Shown: positions 45,876 to 59,383, counted from the first letter of the stretch. The stretch: 64,000 bases of DNA from Tannerellaceae bacterium (GCA_021201295.1 JAJQFE010000021.1:8208-72207), one strand, 5' to 3'. Translations and numbers: made by a program. The notes: a model not told the origin generated them from the letters alone.

Positions 45876-47432
45876 ATGAATTTTGAAATGTTATTTGTGT
45901 TGCTGGCTTTGGCCGGGATGGTTGCTGCGCTGGTTTGGGATCAAATGCGTCCCGGGATGGTTCTGTTAACTGTGGTTGTGCTGTTTCTTTGTGCCGGCAT
46001 TCTGACTCCTAAGGAGATGTTGGAAGGATTTAGTAATAAAGGAATGATCACTGTAGGGTTATTATTTCTGGTGAGTGAAGGGGTATGGCAAAGCGGTGTA
46101 TTAGGGGAATTGATCAAAAAGCTATTACCGCAAAAGAAAACTACTATTTTCAGGGCACAGGTAAGAATGTTACCAACTATCTCCTTTATTTCTGCTTTTT
46201 TAAATAATACACCGGTAGTGGTTATTTTTGCCCCTATTATTAAGCGATGGGCGAAGTCTGTGAAACTACCGGCTACCAAATTTCTGATCCCTCTTTCGTA
46301 TGCCACTATTTTAGGAGGAATCTGTACTCTGATCGGAACATCTACTAATCTGGTGATCCATGGAATGATTTTAGAGGCCGGATATGAAGGACTCAGTATG
46401 TTTGAACTGGGCAAGGTCGGTATTTTTATTGCTATTGCCGGGCTGATTTATCTGTTTGCTTTCTCCAGTAAATTGTTACTGGATTCCCGAAGTGAGAATT
46501 ACTCAGAGGAAAGTGAGGAAGAAGCCCCCGGTAATCTGCATATTGTAGAAGTTGTTTTGGGTTCACGGTTTCCGGGTATTAATAAAACCTTAGGAGACTT
46601 TAATTTTACCCGCCACTATGGGGCAATCGTGAAGGAGGTAAAAAGTGGAGGACAGCGTTACACGACTAATTTAGATCATGTCAAACTAAATGAAGGGGAC
46701 ACATTGGTACTTTGGGCGGATGATACCTTTATTCCTACCTGGGGTGAATCCAGTGTCTTTCTGCTGTTGGCAAACGGGAGTGATGAGAGTAGTAATCCGG
46801 CTCCTAACAGGAAAAAATGGCTGGCTCTGGGATTATTGGTCTTTATGATCACGGGTGCTACATTAGGAGAACTTCCTTTTATGCAGGAAATGTTCCCGGA
46901 CGTGAAGCTGGATATGTTTTTCTTTGTCTGCATTACTACTATTATTATGGCCTGGACCAAGATATTTCCTCCTAAAAAATATACCAAATATATATCCTGG
47001 GATATCCTTATCACCATTGCCTGTGCCTTTGCCATCAGTAAAGCGATGGAAAATTCCGGCTTTGCTGCGTTGACTGCCCGTTATATCATTGATATGGCAG
47101 ATAGCCTGGGACCATATGCATTGCTGGCTGTGATCTTTATCATTACCAATATTTTTACGGAGTTAATCACTAATAATGCGGCTGCCGCTTTGAGCTTTCC
47201 GATCGGACTCTCTGTGGCCACTCAGTTAGGAGTAAATCCTATGCCCTTTTTTGTAGTAACCTGTATGGCTGCTTCGGCCAGTTTCAGTTCTCCGATTGGT
47301 TACCAGACTAACCTGATCGTACAGGGTATCGGAGGATATAAATTTACTGATTTTGTGAGGGTCGGATTACCATTAAATATTATTGCCTTCCTGATTTCTA
47401 TATTTATGATTCCTATGATATGGCAGTTTTAA
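45876..47432 (+). CDS. SLC13/DASS-family anion permease with central TrkA-C-like domains
   Basis: 518-aa ORF. Multi-TM halves flank a soluble ~180-aa insert. Confidence 0.75.
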   Translation: MNFEMLFVLLALAGMVAALVWDQMRPGMVLLTVVVLFLCAGILTPKEMLEGFSNKGMITVGLLFLVSEGVWQSGVLGELIKKLLPQKKTTIFRAQVRMLPTISFISAFLNNTPVVVIFAPIIKRWAKSVKLPATKFLIPLSYATILGGICTLIGTSTNLVIHGMILEAGYEGLSMFELGKVGIFIAIAGLIYLFAFSSKLLLDSRSENYSEESEEEAPGNLHIVEVVLGSRFPGINKTLGDFNFTRHYGAIVKEVKSGGQRYTTNLDHVKLNEGDTLVLWADDTFIPTWGESSVFLLLANGSDESSNPAPNRKKWLALGLLVFMITGATLGELPFMQEMFPDVKLDMFFFVCITTIIMAWTKIFPPKKYTKYISWDILITIACAFAISKAMENSGFAALTARYIIDMADSLGPYALLAVIFIITNIFTELITNNAAAALSFPIGLSVATQLGVNPMPFFVVTCMAASASFSSPIGYQTNLIVQGIGGYKFTDFVRVGLPLNIIAFLISIFMIPMIWQF

Positions 47433-47478
47433 ATATGGGATGGAAAGTGAGGTTTTTTAGAAATTGATTATATATTAA

Positions 47479-48129
47479 ATGACAAACAAAAATATGGAGG
47501 ACTATACTCTTCCTCTTGTGGAAGGTGAGTGCCGGGAAAGAAATGTGTATCCTATCTTTGACCGGATGATGAACCGGGAAGACAAAGAGCAATTATTGAA
47601 GCAACATAGTGTGCTGGTTTGGCTTACCGGTCTGAGTGGCTCTGGTAAAAGTACATTGGCTATTGCCTTGGAGCGTGAGTTGCATCAACGGGGATTTTTA
47701 TGCCGTATTCTGGATGGGGATAATATCCGTAGTGGAATTAATAATAACCTAGGCTTTTCAGCAACGGATAGAATTGAAAATATACGCCGGATTGCTGAAG
47801 TGGGGAAACTGTTTATAGAGAGTGGAATTATTACTATCGCTGCCTTTATCAGCCCGAATGATTATATCCGTCAATTAGTTTCCTCTATTATCGGGAAGGA
47901 AAATTTTCTGGAAGTTTATCTGAGTACTTCTTTGGAAGAATGTGAGAAGAGAGATGTGAAAGGGTTATATGCCAAAGCCCGCCGTGGAGAAATTAAAGAT
48001 TTTACAGGTATTTCTGCTCCTTTTGAAGCTCCGGTGAATCCGGACCTGGCGATTGATACTTCGGTACTGAGTGTAGAAGAGGCTGTATATCAGTTACTGG
48101 ACCTGATATTGCTGAAAATAAAAAAATAA
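47479..48129 (+). CDS. cysC: adenylyl-sulfate (APS) kinase
   Basis: 216-aa ORF. P-loop LTGLSGSGKSTLA and the LDGDNIR motif. Confidence 0.9.
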   Translation: MTNKNMEDYTLPLVEGECRERNVYPIFDRMMNREDKEQLLKQHSVLVWLTGLSGSGKSTLAIALERELHQRGFLCRILDGDNIRSGINNNLGFSATDRIENIRRIAEVGKLFIESGIITIAAFISPNDYIRQLVSSIIGKENFLEVYLSTSLEECEKRDVKGLYAKARRGEIKDFTGISAPFEAPVNPDLAIDTSVLSVEEAVYQLLDLILLKIKK

Positions 48130-48168
48130 TTGATTAAAGATCATATATACATAATATAGAAAATAGGT

Positions 48169-49077
48169 ATGGACAAAAAGAGATTAAGCCACTTACAGGA
48201 ACTGGAAGCTGAATCAATTCATATTATTCGTGAAGTTGCTGCTGAGTTTGAAAATCCTGTTATGTTGTATTCTATCGGAAAAGATTCATCGGTGATGGTT
48301 CGTCTAGCGGAAAAAGCATTTGCTCCGGGCAAGGTCCCTTTTCCCTTAATGCATATTGACTCGATGTGGAAATTTCGTGAAATGGTGGAGTTTCGTGATA
48401 ATTATGCCAAAGAGTTCGGATGGAATCTGATTGTGGAATATAACCGGAAAGCCTATGAAGCTGGAGTAGGACCTTTTACACACGGGAGTAAAGTGCATAC
48501 AGATTTGATGAAAACCCAGGCTTTATTGCAGGCACTGGATAAATATAAATTTGATGCGGCTTTTGGCGGAGCCCGAAGGGATGAAGAGAAAAGCCGTGCT
48601 AAAGAACGGATCTTTTCTTTTCGTGATAAATTCCATCAATGGGATCCGAAAAACCAACGTCCGGAGTTGTGGGATACGTATAATGCCCGGGTACATAAAG
48701 GAGAGAGTATCCGTGTATTCCCCATCTCTAACTGGACTGAGTTAGATGTCTGGCAATATATTCGCCTGGAAAATATTCCTATTGTTCCTTTATATTATGC
48801 CAAAGAACGCCCGATCGTTAATATGGATGGAAGCCTGATTATGGTGGATGATGACCGTATGCCGGAAGAATTGAGTAGTAAAGTTGAAATGATGATGGTT
48901 CGTTTCCGTACTCTGGGATGTTATCCATTAACAGGTGCTGTGGAAAGTGAGGCTGATACGATTGAAAAAATCGTGGAAGAAATGATGACCACTACCAAGA
49001 GTGAACGTACGACCCGGGTGATCGATTTTGACCAGGAGGCCAGTATGGAACAGAAAAAACGGGAAGGCTATTTTTAA
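48169..49077 (+). CDS. cysD: sulfate adenylyltransferase subunit 2
   Basis: 302-aa [35 protein letters not shown] (PP-loop). Confidence 0.9.
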   Translation: MDKKRLSHLQELEAESIHIIREVAAEFENPVMLYSIGKDSSVMVRLAEKAFAPGKVPFPLMHIDSMWKFREMVEFRDNYAKEFGWNLIVEYNRKAYEAGVGPFTHGSKVHTDLMKTQALLQALDKYKFDAAFGGARRDEEKSRAKERIFSFRDKFHQWDPKNQRPELWDTYNARVHKGESIRVFPISNWTELDVWQYIRLENIPIVPLYYAKERPIVNMDGSLIMVDDDRMPEELSSKVEMMMVRFRTLGCYPLTGAVESEADTIEKIVEEMMTTTKSERTTRVIDFDQEASMEQKKREGYF

Positions 49078-49107
49078 TAATGATCAGCAAAATAACAGAC
49101 GACAGAA

Positions 49108-50565
49108 ATGGAAACATTAAATATAAAAGAATTTCTTGATAAGGATGAAAAGAAAGATCTCCTTCGCTTTTTAACAGCTGGTTCTGTGGATGATGGCAAG
49201 TCCACTCTGATTGGACGTTTACTCTTTGATAGTAAAAAGATCTATGAAGATCAGTTGGATGCGCTGGAACGGGATAGTAAACGCATGGGAAATGCCGGAG
49301 ACCATATTGATTATGCGCTACTGACTGACGGATTAAAAGCGGAACGTGAACAAGGTATTACTATTGATGTGGCTTATCGTTATTTCAGTACCAATAACCG
49401 TAAGTTTATTATCGGGGATACACCAGGACATGAGCAATACACCCGTAATATGATTACAGGTGGTTCTACAGCTAATTTAGCCATTATTTTAGTGGATGCC
49501 CGTACGGGAGTGATCACGCAGACCTGCAGACATACCTATCTGGTTTCTTTATTAGGCATTAAACACGTAGTGCTGGCGGTAAATAAAATGGACCTGATGG
49601 ATTTCAGTGAAGAGGTTTATAATAAGATCGTTGCTGATTATAAAGAGTTTGTTTCTTCTTTACATATTCCGGATATTACCTGTATTCCTTTATCGGCTTT
49701 GGAAGGAGATAATGTAGTAGAGAAGAGTAAACGTACTCCCTGGTATGAAGGAACTTGTTTATTAGAGTTTCTGGAAACTGTACCTATTGATCAGGATCGG
49801 AATTTTGATGATTTCCGGTATCCGGTGCAGTATGTCTTACGGCCGAATCTGGACTTCCGGGGTTTTTCCGGGAAAGTAGCCAGTGGGATTGTCCGGAAGG
49901 GGGATACGGTGATGGCGTTGCCTTCCGGTAAAACATCTAAGGTGAAAAGTATTGTTACCTATGAAGGAGAGTTAGAGTATGCCTTTCCTCCACAATGTGT
50001 AACGATTACGCTGGAAGATGAAATTGATATTTCCCGTGGGGACATGTTGGTACATCCGGATAATCAGCCTGTACAGGACCGTAATTTTGAGGCTATGTTA
50101 GTATGGATGGATGAAGAACCTATGGATATCACTAAACAATTCTTCCTTAAGCATACGACTAATACAACCCGGGCCCGTATGGAGGGTATTCAATATAAAG
50201 TAAATGTGAATACTATGGAACAGTTAACCCTGGAAAATGGGAAGCTGACCCCGGAAACACTGCCTATGAAATTGAATGAAATTGGGAATGTGGTCTTTAC
50301 AACCGGGAAAGAATTATTTTTTGATCCTTATACGAAAAATAAACAGACCGGAGCGTTTATCCTGATCGATCCTATTACTAATAATACTTCTGCAGTAGGA
50401 ATGATTATTGACCGTGTGGATGCAAATCAGTTCGGCATAGTGGATAGTGAAGAATTAATTGTAAATTTGCAGGACTTAGGAATAGCCTTTTCTCATTATG
50501 AAGCGATAGAGAAGGTATGTGAGGAGTTGAGAAAAAATGAAATTAAAATAAAATTAGTAAAATAA
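49108..50565 (+). CDS. cysN: sulfate adenylyltransferase subunit 1 (GTPase)
   Basis: 485-aa ORF. GTPase motifs [18 protein letters not shown]. Confidence 0.9.
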   Translation: METLNIKEFLDKDEKKDLLRFLTAGSVDDGKSTLIGRLLFDSKKIYEDQLDALERDSKRMGNAGDHIDYALLTDGLKAEREQGITIDVAYRYFSTNNRKFIIGDTPGHEQYTRNMITGGSTANLAIILVDARTGVITQTCRHTYLVSLLGIKHVVLAVNKMDLMDFSEEVYNKIVADYKEFVSSLHIPDITCIPLSALEGDNVVEKSKRTPWYEGTCLLEFLETVPIDQDRNFDDFRYPVQYVLRPNLDFRGFSGKVASGIVRKGDTVMALPSGKTSKVKSIVTYEGELEYAFPPQCVTITLEDEIDISRGDMLVHPDNQPVQDRNFEAMLVWMDEEPMDITKQFFLKHTTNTTRARMEGIQYKVNVNTMEQLTLENGKLTPETLPMKLNEIGNVVFTTGKELFFDPYTKNKQTGAFILIDPITNNTSAVGMIIDRVDANQFGIVDSEELIVNLQDLGIAFSHYEAIEKVCEELRKNEIKIKLVK

Positions 50566-50641
50566 TAAAAGCCGGCATAAGATGGTAATAGAGTGAGTCG
50601 ATTATGGTTCAGTCTGTTACCATTTTTGTCGTTTAGGGTAT

Positions 50642-51745
50642 ATGGGATTACTGGAATTTGATAAGCTACCTATTAATACATTAGTGGGAGCAAACTGGAA
50701 AACATTTAAAGAGGTAACAGCCAATCGGAGAATTGATAAAGGGTTTCGGCAAAAATATATTCTGACCAAATCGGTCTGCCGTTTACTTAGTACACTTCAA
50801 CCCTTGGAGGATGCCCGGTTCAGAAAGCTGGCTCAAACTCCGCTGGAGATGGATCCGGTATTTATTCTGGGGCATTGGCGCAGTGGGACAACTTTTGTAC
50901 ATAATGTCTTTTCCTGTGATAAACACTTTGGATATAATACTACTTACCAGACTGTGTTCCCTAATTTAATGCTTTTGGGACAGCCTTTCTTTAAGAAAAA
51001 CATGTCTTTCCTGATGCCGGATAGACGTCCGACTGATAATATGGAACTTAAAGTAGACCTGCCACAGGAAGAGGAATTTGCTTTGGCCAATATGATGCCT
51101 TATACGTATTACAATTTCTGGTTTTTTCCTAAACATATGCTGGAGTATTGTGACCGCTATCTTTTGTTTAATGAGATTACTCCGGAGGAATTGAATATCT
51201 TTAAAGAAACTTTCCTGAAGTTGATCAAAATTTCTTTATGGAATACAAAAGGAATCCAGTTTCTGAGTAAAAATCCTCCGCACACCGGACGCTTGGAGGC
51301 ATTGGTAGAGATGTTCCCAGATGCCAAGTTTATTTATCTGAAAAGAAATCCTTATACAGTGTTTGAAAGTACACGTAGTTTTTTTACAAATACGATTCAG
51401 CCCCTTCGCTTGCAAGATATTACCAATGAGCAGATTGAAGAGAATCTGATAGAGGTGTACCGTCGTCTTTTTTACAAGTTTGAAGAGACGAAAAAGTTGA
51501 TTCCGGAAGGTAACCTCATAGAGGTTAAGTTTGAAGATTTTGAAAAGGATGCGTATGCAATAACAGAGGAAATATACCGTTCTTTACATATTCCGGGATT
51601 TGAGGAATCCAAAAATGAGATTGAAAAGTATCTGGGTAAGAAAAAAGGGTATAAGAAAAACCAGTATACGTATGATGACCGTACGGTGAAGATCGTGGAA
51701 GAGAACTGGGGAATGGCACTGAAGAAATGGGGATATTCTATTTAA
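50642..51745 (+). CDS. PAPS-dependent sulfotransferase
   Basis: 367-aa ORF. 5'-PSB-type loop ILGHWRSGTTFVHN. Directly follows cysDN. Confidence 0.75.
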   Translation: MGLLEFDKLPINTLVGANWKTFKEVTANRRIDKGFRQKYILTKSVCRLLSTLQPLEDARFRKLAQTPLEMDPVFILGHWRSGTTFVHNVFSCDKHFGYNTTYQTVFPNLMLLGQPFFKKNMSFLMPDRRPTDNMELKVDLPQEEEFALANMMPYTYYNFWFFPKHMLEYCDRYLLFNEITPEELNIFKETFLKLIKISLWNTKGIQFLSKNPPHTGRLEALVEMFPDAKFIYLKRNPYTVFESTRSFFTNTIQPLRLQDITNEQIEENLIEVYRRLFYKFEETKKLIPEGNLIEVKFEDFEKDAYAITEEIYRSLHIPGFEESKNEIEKYLGKKKGYKKNQYTYDDRTVKIVEENWGMALKKWGYSI

Positions 51746-51842
51746 TTGAAAAATAAAAATAGAATCAGTAATTCGTGTTTCTGTTAATTTTTTATTGTGA
51801 TTATTTAATGGCTTTTTGTGTAGCATTGTTGTTATAAGATAT

Positions 51843-52820
51843 ATGGATCAGAAATATAAGTGTTTGTATCATACGAAATCGAGTTGGCTCTTTTTCTTAT
51901 TTCTCAGTTGGCAGTTTTCAATTGCCAATTCCCAGATTATTGAGCCTATTCTGTATGGCGATATGGATCAGTGGATCGTGAGACAGATTAAAGAATCCGG
52001 AGTGATTGGGGGAAATACTAAATTACTTTATGAATTAGGTCCACGGGATACGATAGAGGGAGCTGCCGCTTATAGTAATCAGGGAGATTCCCCGTGGGCC
52101 AGTTCAAATGTACTGGCTAAAGTTGCCGGTGTGGTGAAAACCAATACTTCTGTTTTCCCGGAACAGCGTGGAGAGGGTTGGTGTGCCCGTCTGGAAACCC
52201 GTTTTGAGAGTGTAAAAGTGATGGGATTGATAGATATTGAAGTAATTGCTGCGGGATCTCTGTTTTTTGGAGAAATGCTGGAACCTATCAAAGGAACGAA
52301 AAATCCAATGGCGATGTTGAATAGTGGGATTCCTTTTGATAGAAAACCAAAAGCACTTATTTTTGATTATAAACTGAAACTGGCGCCGGAACCTCACCGG
52401 ACACGAAGTACCGGTTTCAGCCGTAAGTCAACCGTTGAAGGCAAAGATGAGGCTGTTGCTATTCTTCTGCTTCAAAAGCGCTGGGAGGATAAAGATGGGA
52501 AAATATATGCGAAACGTGTGGGGACCATGGTACGACGGTTTACAGAAGATACGGATTGGGTGAATGGAGGTTCGTATGATATCTTATATGGAGATATCAG
52601 TAATAAGTCTGTTTATCAGCCTTATATGAAGATTCAGGATGAAGAGCGGTATGCTGTAAACAGTAAAGGTAAAAACGTACTTATACAGGAGATTGGCTGG
52701 GCAGAAGAAGATGAAGCTCCGACCCATATCCTGTTACAATTTGCCTCCAGCCACGGTGGAGCTTATATAGGTTCTCCGGGAAATACGTTTTGGGTGGATA
52801 ATGTCAAATTGGCGTATTAA
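51843..52820 (+). CDS. PCMD-domain-like secreted protein (putative carbohydrate metabolism domain)
   Basis: ORF track 51816..52820; the likely start is MDQKYKCLYHTKSSWLFFLFLSWQFSIANSQ at 51843. The family call is from memory only. Confidence 0.45.
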   Translation: MDQKYKCLYHTKSSWLFFLFLSWQFSIANSQIIEPILYGDMDQWIVRQIKESGVIGGNTKLLYELGPRDTIEGAAAYSNQGDSPWASSNVLAKVAGVVKTNTSVFPEQRGEGWCARLETRFESVKVMGLIDIEVIAAGSLFFGEMLEPIKGTKNPMAMLNSGIPFDRKPKALIFDYKLKLAPEPHRTRSTGFSRKSTVEGKDEAVAILLLQKRWEDKDGKIYAKRVGTMVRRFTEDTDWVNGGSYDILYGDISNKSVYQPYMKIQDEERYAVNSKGKNVLIQEIGWAEEDEAPTHILLQFASSHGGAYIGSPGNTFWVDNVKLAY

Positions 52821-52844
52821 CAGAAAAAGATTAGCCAGATTTAA

Positions 52845-55372
<2,528 letters not shown>

Positions 55373-55424
55373 TATAATTTCTTTATTTTTGCAGGCAAAA
55401 TAACAAAACGGAATATTTCCCCTC

Positions 55425-56318
55425 ATGGCTGATATTAATTTAAAAGGAATGGGTGTTGCTTTGGTGACTCCATTCAGACAAGATGAAAATGTCGATTTCG
55501 AAGCGTTAGGAAAACTGGTGAATTACCAGTTACAAAACGGAACGGATTATCTCGTTGTATTAGGTACTACTGCTGAAACTCCCACCCTGACGGAAGAAGA
55601 AAAAAAACAGGTAGTCGATTTAGTCGTAAGTAAGGTCCGGGGACGGATTCCTATTGTACTGGGAGTTGGTGGAAATTGTACACGCGCCATAGTGGAAAAA
55701 CTAAAAAACGATAATTTTGAGGGAATAGATGCAATCCTGACGGTAGTGCCTTACTACAATAAACCTTCTCAGGAAGGCATTTATCAACATTATAAAGCCG
55801 TAGCGGAAGCTACTACCTTGCCTATTGTTTTATACAATGTCCCGGGGCGTACGGGAGTTAATATGACAGCAGCTACTACACTGCGGATAGCCCGTGAGTT
55901 TAATAATGTAGTGGCTGTTAAAGAAGCATCCGGAAATATTACTCAAATGGATGATATTATCAAAAATAAACCGGCTAACTTTCATGTGATCTCCGGGGAT
56001 GATGGGATTACTTTTCCACTGATCACTTTAGGGGCGGTAGGAGTAATTTCTGTGATAGGAAATGTTTTTCCGAAAGAATTTAGTCGTATGATCCGGCTGG
56101 CCTTATCCGGAGACTATCATAGTGCCCGTACGATCCATCATAATTTTACGGAACTTTTTGACTTATTATTTGTGGACGGGAATCCGGCTGGTGTAAAAAG
56201 TATGCTTCATATGATGGGATTTATGGAGAATAAACTTCGTTTACCATTGGTACCGACCCGGATCACTACTTTTGAAAAGATACGTGACGTATTACGACAA
56301 TTAAGTATATGTTGTTAA
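55425..56318 (+). CDS. dapA: 4-hydroxy-tetrahydrodipicolinate synthase
   Basis: 297-aa ORF. GVALVTPF, GTTAETPTL and YNVPGRT motifs, with an active-site Lys in VAVKEASG. Confidence 0.9.
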   Translation: MADINLKGMGVALVTPFRQDENVDFEALGKLVNYQLQNGTDYLVVLGTTAETPTLTEEEKKQVVDLVVSKVRGRIPIVLGVGGNCTRAIVEKLKNDNFEGIDAILTVVPYYNKPSQEGIYQHYKAVAEATTLPIVLYNVPGRTGVNMTAATTLRIAREFNNVVAVKEASGNITQMDDIIKNKPANFHVISGDDGITFPLITLGAVGVISVIGNVFPKEFSRMIRLALSGDYHSARTIHHNFTELFDLLFVDGNPAGVKSMLHMMGFMENKLRLPLVPTRITTFEKIRDVLRQLSICC

Positions 56319-56492
56319 TAAGAACCTGATAACGTACATTCTACTTTATAAAAAAAGTAGCTTTAAGAAAAGTTTTTCAAAACTTTTTTAAATGTTGTTT
56401 GTTTTATACATACAGCGTGTTTTTAATTAGGTATTAGGTTTAAGGTTAAATGAGTAAATAGTTCTATCCCTTTTCAAGGAGAACTATAAAAG

Positions 56493-56540
56493 AAACCAGA
56501 CCGGAAAGGATCATTGTATTCATTTCCGGTCTGGTTTTTT
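56493..56540. terminator. bidirectional terminator between dapA and ndk
   Basis: aaaccagaccggaaa-15 nt-tttccggtctggttt followed by TTTT. Confidence 0.75.
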
Positions 56541-56542
56541 TC

Positions 56543-57004
56543 TTAGATTTCATCATTTGCATAAAAACTCCAGAGATTATTTAGCGGATAATCATATATT
56601 TCCGATTCATCAAAAAAGCGTTTTAATTCAATCTCAGCTGTTTCCGGCGAATCGGAAGCATGGACTATGTTTTCCTGGACACTCATGCTATAATCACCGC
56701 GAATAGTACCCGGAGCCGCATTACGTCCGTTGGTTTTTCCTGCCATTTCCCGTACTACCCGTATCGCTTCCAGTCCTTCCCAGCAACAAATAACTACCGG
56801 GCAGGTTCTCATGGCATCTTTTACCCGTTGAAAAAATGATTTTTCTTTCAGGTGGGCATAGTGTTCACTAAGGGTTTCATCTGAAAGCCATACCATTTTC
56901 ATTCCGGCCAGACGAAGACCTTTTCTTTCAAATCGGTTAATGATCTCTCCCATAAGTCCTCTCTGGACTGTGCAGGGTTTTAAAATTACAAGTGTTTTTT
57001 CCAT
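56543..57004 (-). CDS. ndk: nucleoside-diphosphate kinase
   Basis: 153-aa ORF. EKTLVILKP..., NIVHASDS with the active-site His. Confidence 0.9.
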   Translation of the reverse strand: MEKTLVILKPCTVQRGLMGEIINRFERKGLRLAGMKMVWLSDETLSEHYAHLKEKSFFQRVKDAMRTCPVVICCWEGLEAIRVVREMAGKTNGRNAAPGTIRGDYSMSVQENIVHASDSPETAEIELKRFFDESEIYDYPLNNLWSFYANDEI

Positions 57005-57100
57005 CTGAACTGTCTTTTGTATTTATATATACGTGTCTGTTCAAATGTAAACATTATAATTTAAACCTCCGGAATTTAGCTTATAAAATTGGCTGGTTTT

Positions 57101-57736
57101 TTAATAAGTCTTTTCTCCGGTTTCTTCTTCCGTAATAAAAATATCCGGATTGTTTCGCATATAGGTACGAAGGGTTTGTCGGTTGATCCCTAGTTTTTTA
57201 CTGATATAAATCTTGGATTTTTTCTCCTGCAACAATTTTTTGATTAGTTCATCTTTACCAACTAGTTTTTTGTAGGTAGATTTCCTGCCTTTAGGCCAGC
57301 CTAAAACAATTCCTTCTATTTTTTTACGTGCCAGCGCTTCTTTGGTACGCTGGGAGATCAGATTACGTTCTATCTCCGCACTTAAACTGAAGGCAAAAGC
57401 CAGGATTTTACTGTTTATATTATTTCCTAACTCATATCGTTCCTTTACGGTAAGTACAACAATATTTTTTTCCATGCAGAGGTGCAGAAAACTCATTACC
57501 TGCATGAGATTACAACCAAGCCGGGATAGTTCCGTAGTAATTAATATATCCCCTTTTTTTACCCGTTTCAGTAACCTGCCTAATTGCCTGTCATTCACAT
57601 GAATGGTCCCACTGATCGTCTCTTTTACCCAGTGGTCAATCGTGAAATTCTTTTCCTCAGCAAATTTTTTTATTTCAAACTTTTGGTTCTCCGTGTTTTG
57701 CTTGTCTGTACTGACTCTTAAATATCCGTATATCAT
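57101..57736 (-). CDS. serine-type site-specific recombinase (resolvase/invertase; Mpi-like)
   Basis: 211-aa ORF. MIYGYLRVSTDKQNTENQ contains the catalytic Ser. C-terminal HTH ISKKLGINRQTLRTYM. Confidence 0.8.
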   Translation of the reverse strand: MIYGYLRVSTDKQNTENQKFEIKKFAEEKNFTIDHWVKETISGTIHVNDRQLGRLLKRVKKGDILITTELSRLGCNLMQVMSFLHLCMEKNIVVLTVKERYELGNNINSKILAFAFSLSAEIERNLISQRTKEALARKKIEGIVLGWPKGRKSTYKKLVGKDELIKKLLQEKKSKIYISKKLGINRQTLRTYMRNNPDIFITEEETGEKTY

Positions 57737-58084
57737 AGTATTTTAGATAAAATAAAAAACGTAAGCATCCGGGATGCTGAGGAGCAAAAAGGATAGGGTA
57801 CTATTGTCCTATCAAATACTTTCATAATTTAAAAACGCTTACAAAATTGCTTCTCATAACAAAGGTGGCCATAAATTTCCATAATTAAGTCAACTGTAAC
57901 ATTCTTTGGTTTTATTTGTAAATTACTAAATTTTAGCGCTTTAAATAAAATTTACCTTTGTTGATTAAAAACAATTCACTATTAATACTAAAATTATACT
58001 GATTCAGATATTTATACCGGTACTAAAATTATAACATTATTTTAAAATTCTAAAAAAAGAAAAGAATAAAATCTTAAAGATTAC

Positions 58085-58092
58085 TATATTTG
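58085..58092 (+). promoter_or_regulatory. -7 promoter box TAtaTTTG upstream of the DUF418 gene
   Basis: tatatttg lies ~100 nt upstream of ATG 58196. Confidence 0.45.
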
Positions 58093-58195
58093 CGCCTCAA
58101 TTGTTAAAATGGACTGGAAAAGAAGAGGTAAGATTTTTCATTCTTTTTACCGGTAGTTAGCTTAGCTATATGTAGCGTACACTCATAAATACCAC

Positions 58196-59383
58196 ATGAA
58201 AAATAATCTGATAAATCGACATGCCCGTATAGATGTGGCAGATATATTAAGAGGGTTTTCCGTAATGGGCATTATCCTTTTGCATAGTATTGAGCATTTT
58301 AATTTTTATTCTTATCCGGATACCTCACAGCAGAGTTTGTTTTTGAATTTCACAGATAAAGTCATCTGGGATTCTTTATTCTTTACATTTGGTGGAAAAG
58401 CTTACGCCATATTTGCCCTTTTGTTTGGTTTTAGCTTTTTTATCCAGGATGATAACCAGAAGAAAAGGGGAGCGGACTTTCGCCTGCGTTTTATGTGGCG
58501 TCTGGTACTCTTATTTATCATAGGAAATTTGAATGCTGCATTTTTTACAGGGGAGATATTAGTCATGTATTCTTTATTAGGATTTATCCTGGTAGGGGTG
58601 TGCCGTCTACCTGATAAAGTGGTTTTCTGGCTGGCTGTCTTGTTTTTACTTCGACCCCTGGAGTGGGGAAAAGCCATATATGCTTTGATGAATCCGGAAT
58701 ATGTTCTGGCAAAAAGTCTGGTTGGTTATTATTTTGGTCGTGCAGGTGAGGTGCAGAGTGGAGGTACTTTTTCGGAAACCCTCCGGGTTAATTTATGGGA
58801 AGGACAATTAGCTAGTCTGACCTGGGCTTGGGAGTATGGACGGATCTTTCAGACAGTGGCTTTATTTATTTTTGGTATGCTTTTAGGAAGAAAGGAATGG
58901 CTGATCTATTCAAAGAAGCATGCCAGGATCTGGTTGATCCTGCTGGCTGGTGCTCTTATTGCTTATTTCCCTTTAATCGGTTTGAAAAACCTATTACCGG
59001 ATTTTATGGAAAACCGGTTTGCACTGGCTTCTTTTCAAATGATTTTTCAGTCATTGGCGAACGTGGCTTTTATGATCCTGTTGGTAACAGGGATCTGGTT
59101 TGCTTTTTATAGTACACGTCTAAAGAATTTGCTTAGCAAGTTGACCCCGTATGGAAAAATGAGTCTGACTAATTATATCACCCAATCCATCGTGGGATCT
59201 ATGCTGTTTTATAACTGGGGATTTGGTTTGTACCGTTATCTGGGAATTACCGCCAGTTTAGGAGTAGGTATTCTCCTTTTCATCCTGCAACTAAGTTTTT
59301 GCAACTGGTGGCTTCGTTCCCATTCCCACGGTCCGTTTGAATACTTCTGGAAGAAAGCTACCTGGATAGGGAAAAAGGCATAA
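58196..59383 (+). CDS. DUF418 (YeiB-like) polytopic membrane protein
   Basis: 395-aa ORF. RIDVADILRGFSVMGIILLHSIEHF N-terminus and the C-terminal GPFEYFWK motif. Confidence 0.6.
   Translation: MKNNLINRHARIDVADILRGFSVMGIILLHSIEHFNFYSYPDTSQQSLFLNFTDKVIWDSLFFTFGGKAYAIFALLFGFSFFIQDDNQKKRGADFRLRFMWRLVLLFIIGNLNAAFFTGEILVMYSLLGFILVGVCRLPDKVVFWLAVLFLLRPLEWGKAIYALMNPEYVLAKSLVGYYFGRAGEVQSGGTFSETLRVNLWEGQLASLTWAWEYGRIFQTVALFIFGMLLGRKEWLIYSKKHARIWLILLAGALIAYFPLIGLKNLLPDFMENRFALASFQMIFQSLANVAFMILLVTGIWFAFYSTRLKNLLSKLTPYGKMSLTNYITQSIVGSMLFYNWGFGLYRYLGITASLGVGILLFILQLSFCNWWLRSHSHGPFEYFWKKATWIGKKA

Noticed and set aside
57737-58195. Invertible promoter flanked by inverted repeats next to the serine recombinase
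   Set aside because: The only flanking inverted pair is 6 bp (GTAAGC at 57761 and GCTTAC at 57837). The 13-bp direct repeat TACTAAAATTATA (57986 and 58021) lies in very AT-rich DNA. Neither is convincing as a recombination site.
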